DNA of 34,469 bases. Origin: Nemertoderma westbladi. Taxonomy: Eukaryota > Animalia > Xenacoelomorpha. The notes beneath the pieces were generated by a model. The model had not been told where the DNA came from and did not search any database. It was given only the letters and a program-made list of their open reading frames with translations. The stretch is from contig JAUCBJ010003830.1 of NCBI GenBank assembly GCA_032718475.1, forward strand, positions 1 to 34,469, read 5' to 3'. Positions within the stretch are counted from its first letter, which is position 1; each line of letters begins with the position of its first letter. Of this stretch, positions 30,404 to 34,469 are shown in pieces. The translations under genes were made by a program, and so were the position numbers.

Positions 30404-33400
30404 TAGGCCACTTTGTCCTTCTTACAATGTAGTAACCAATGCCAATATATTCCTATACAGTACAGGTAGGCCACTTTGTCCTTCTTACAATGTAGTAACC
30501 AATGCCAATATATTCCTATACAGTACAGGTAGGCCACTTTGTCCTTATTACAATGTAGTAACCAATGCCAATATATTCCTATACAGTACAGGTAGGCCAC
30601 TTTGTCCTTCTTACAATGTAGTAACCAATGCCAATATATTCCTATACAGTACAGGTAGGCCACTTTGTCCTTCTTACAATGTAGTAACCAATGCCAATAT
30701 ATTCCTATACAGTACAGGTAGGCCACTTTGTACTCTCTTACAATGTAGTAACCAATGCCAATATATTCCTATACAGTACAGGTAGGCCACTTTGTACTCT
30801 CTTACAATGTAGTAACCAATGCCAATATATTCCTATACAGTACAGGTAGGCCACTTTGTCCTTCTTACAATGTAGTAACCAATGCCAATATATTCCTATA
30901 CAGTACAGGTAGGCCACTTTGTCCTTCTTACAATGTAGTAACCAATGCCAATATATTCCTATACAGTACAGGTAGGCCACTTTGTCCTTCTTACAATGTA
31001 GTAACCAATGCCAATATATTCCTATACAGTACAGGTAGGCCACTTTGTACTCTCTTACAATGTAGTAACCAATGCCAATATATTCCTATACAGTACAGGT
31101 AGGCCACTTTGTCCTTCTTACAATGTAGTAACCAATGCCAATATATTCCTATACAGTACAGGTAGGCCACTTTGTCCTTCTTACAATGTAGTAACCAATG
31201 CCAATATATTCCTATACAGTACAGGTAGGCCACTTTGTCCTTCTTACAATGTAGTAACCAATGCCAATATATTCCTATACAGTACAGGTAGGCCACTTTG
31301 TCCTTCTTACAATGTAGTAACCAATGCCAATATATTCCTATACAGTACAGGTAGGCCACTTTGTACTCTCTTACAATGTAGTAATGTAGTAACCAATGCC
31401 AATATATTCCTATACAGTACAGGTAGGCCACTTTGTACTCTCTTACAATGTAGTAATGTAGTAACCAAAGCCAATATATTCCTATACAGTACAGGTAGGC
31501 CACTTTGTACTCTCTTACAATGTAGTAACCAATGCCAATATATTCCTATACAGTACAGGTAGGCCACTTTGTACTCTCTTACAATGTAGTAACCAATGCC
31601 AATCTATTCCTATACAGTACAGGTAGGCCACTTTGTCCTTCTTACAATGTAGTAATCAATGCCAATATATTCCTATACAGTACAGGTAGGCCACTTTGTA
31701 CTCTCTTACAATGTAGTAACCAATGCCAATATATTCCTATACAGTACAGGTAGGCCACTTTGTACTCTCTTACAATGTAGTAACCAATGCCAATATATTC
31801 CTATACAGTACAGGTAGGCCACTTTGTACTCTCTTACAATGTAGTAACCAATGCCAATATATTCCTATACAGTACAGGTAGGCCACTTTGTACTCTCTTA
31901 CAATGTAGTAACCAATGCCAATATATTCCTATACAGTACAGGTAGGCCACTTTGTACTCTCTTACAATGTAGTAACCAATGCCAATATATTCCTATACAG
32001 TACAGGTAGGCCACTTTGTCCTTCTTACAATGTAGTAACCAATGCCAATATATTCCTATACAGTACAGGTAGGCCACTTTGTCCTTCTTACAATGTAGTA
32101 ACCAATGCCAATATATTCCTATACAGTACAGGTAGGCCACTTTGTCCTTCTTACAATGTAGTAACCAATGCCAATATATTCCTATACAGTACAGGTAGGC
32201 CACTTTGTCCTTCTTACAATGTAGTAACCAATGCCAATATATTCCTATACAGTACAGGTAGGCCACTTTGTCCTTCTTACAATGTAGTAACCAATGCCAA
32301 TATATTCCTATACAGTACAGGTAGGCCACTTTGTCCTTCTTACAATGTAGTAACCAATGCCAATATATTCCTATACAGTACAGGTAGGCCACTTTGTCCT
32401 TCTTACAATGTAGTAACCAATGCCAATATATTCCTATACAGTACAGGTAGGCCACTTTGTACTCTCTTACAATGTAGTAATGTAGTAACCAATGCCAATA
32501 TATTACTATACAGTACAGGTAGGCCACTTTGTACTCTCTTACAATGTAGTAATGTAGTAACCAATGCCAATATATTCCTATACAGTACAGGTAGGCCACT
32601 TTGTACTCTCTTACAATGTAGTAACCAATGCCAATATATTCCTATACAGTACAGGTAGGCCACTTTGTACTCTCTTACAATGTAGTAACCAATGCCAATC
32701 TATTCCTATACAGTACAGGTAGGCCACTTTGTCCTTCTTACAATGTAGTAACCAATGCCAATATATTCCTATACAGTACAGGTAGGCCACTTTGTACTCT
32801 CTTACAATGTAGTAACCAATGCCAATATATTCCTATACAGTACAGGTAGGCCACTTTGTACTCTCTTACAATGTAGTAACCAATGCCAATATATTCCTAT
32901 ACAGTACAGGTAGGCCACTTTGTACTCTCTTACAATATAGTAACCAATGCCAATATATTCCTATACAGTACAGGTAGGCCACTTTGTCCTTCTTACAATG
33001 TAGTAACCAATGCCAATATATTCCTATACAGTACAGGTAGGCCACTTTGTACTCTCTTACAATGTAGTAACCAATGCCAATATATTCCTATACAGTACAG
33101 GTAGGCCACTTTGTCCTTCTTACAATGTAGTAACCAATGCCAATATATTCCTATACAGTACAGGTAGGCCACTTTGTACTCTCTTACAATGTAGTAACCA
33201 ATGCCAATATATTCCTATACAGTACAGGTAGGCCACTTTGTCCTTCTTACAATGTAGTAACCAATGCCAATATATTCCTATACAGTACAGGTAGGCCACT
33301 TTGTACTCCTTCTTACAATGTAGTAACCAATGCCAATATATTCCTATACAGTACAGGTAGGCCACTTTGTCCTTCTTACAATGTAGTAACCAATGCCAAT

Positions 33401-34184
33401 ATATTCCTATACAGTACAGGTAGGCCACTTTGTCCTTCTTACAATGTAGTAACCAATGCCAATATATTCCTATACAGTACAGGTAGGCCACTTTGTCCTT
33501 CTTACAATGTAGTAACCAATGCCAATATATTCCTATACAGTACAGGTAGGCCACTTTGTACTCTCTTACAATGTAGTAACCAATGCCAATATATTCCTAT
33601 ACAGTACAGGTAGGCCACTTTGTCCTTCTTACAATGTAGTAACCAATGCCAATATATTCCTATACAGTACAGGTAGGCCACTTTGTCCTTCTTACAATGT
33701 AGTAACCAATGCCAATATATTCCTATACAGTACAGGTAGGCCACTTTGTACTCTCTTACAATGTAGTAACCAATGCCAATATATTCCTATACAGTACAGG
33801 TAGGCCACTTTGTTCTCTCTTACAATGTAGTAACCAATGCCAATATATTCCTATACAGTACAGGTAGGCCACTTTGTCCTTCTTACAATGTAGTAACCAA
33901 TGCCAATATATTCCTATACAGTACAGGTAGGCCACTTTGTCCTTCTTACAATGTAGTAACCAATGCCAATATATTCCTATACAGTACAGGTAGGCCACTT
34001 TGTCCTTCTTACAATGTAGTAACCAATGCCAATATATTCCTATACAGTACAGGTAGGCCACTTTGTCCTTCTTACAATGTAGTAACCAATGCCAATATAT
34101 TCCTATACAGTACAGGTAGGCCACTTTGTACTCTCTTACAATGTAGTAACCAATGCCAATATATTCCTATACAGTACAGGTAGG
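30404..34184. repeat. 63/64-bp satellite, right part (about 59 monomers)
   Basis: Same monomer as 23012-23373, near-identical copies, two length variants. Confidence 0.98.
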
Positions 34185-34469
34185 TAAAAAAAACCGAACA
34201 AAAAAACAAGACTTTCGGTGTTTTGTCATTGAATAGATAATAAGAAAACGCAAATACGGTTTTATTGAAATATGTGTCTTGAAATATGTAGTTACATATA
34301 GGTTGTACAATGCAAAAATACCGTAAGTACAAAAAATAACTCTGACGTCAAAATATTAACGGAAAGTGAAAAATAATCACGTAGAAAAATTTCCCACCCC
34401 CAATCGCGTAGGGTTATAAAAAATTAGTAATTTACGGACATTTTAAACCAACAATCTCGAAATGACTTG

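Noticed and set aside
30404-34184. CRISPR-like array
   Set aside because: No unique spacers, no cas genes, and a eukaryotic context.
30271-34332. Many ORFs such as MAYLYCIGIYWHWLLHCKKDKV repeats (also 23074-23381)
   Set aside because: Artefacts of a 63-bp (21-codon) satellite. They are open on both strands and broken by every 64-bp monomer.

Overview
AT-rich, repeat-dense eukaryotic (animal-like, spliceosomal introns) genomic DNA made almost entirely of nested mobile elements; the taxon cannot be fixed from sequence alone. From left to right: a decayed, intron-containing Helitron/PIF1 helicase fragment with a tRNA-like (SINE-head) sequence; an L2-clade LINE scrap; a complete, very young BEL/Pao LTR retrotransposon (1611-8232, one 1824-aa gag-pol ORF, LTRs differing at one base, non-canonical TA...AA ends); small foldback elements; and an unexplained block at about 10.7-20.3 kb. 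That block holds orphan ORFs (one with two CCHC zinc knuckles) and dense predicted RNA structure, including two diverged tandem copies of a pseudoknot motif with compensatory base changes, now separated by a full-length RTE LINE (12866-16052, 13-bp TSD). Further right are a minus-strand fibrinogen-related gene with duplicated coiled-coil micro-exons, and a 63/64-bp satellite array with a higher-order repeat, split by a 7-kb CMC/EnSpm-type DNA transposon (23374-30403, CCC...GGG ends, TA TSD). The structured-RNA/orphan-ORF block is the best candidate for an undescribed system. All pairings and family calls were made by eye and need computational confirmation.
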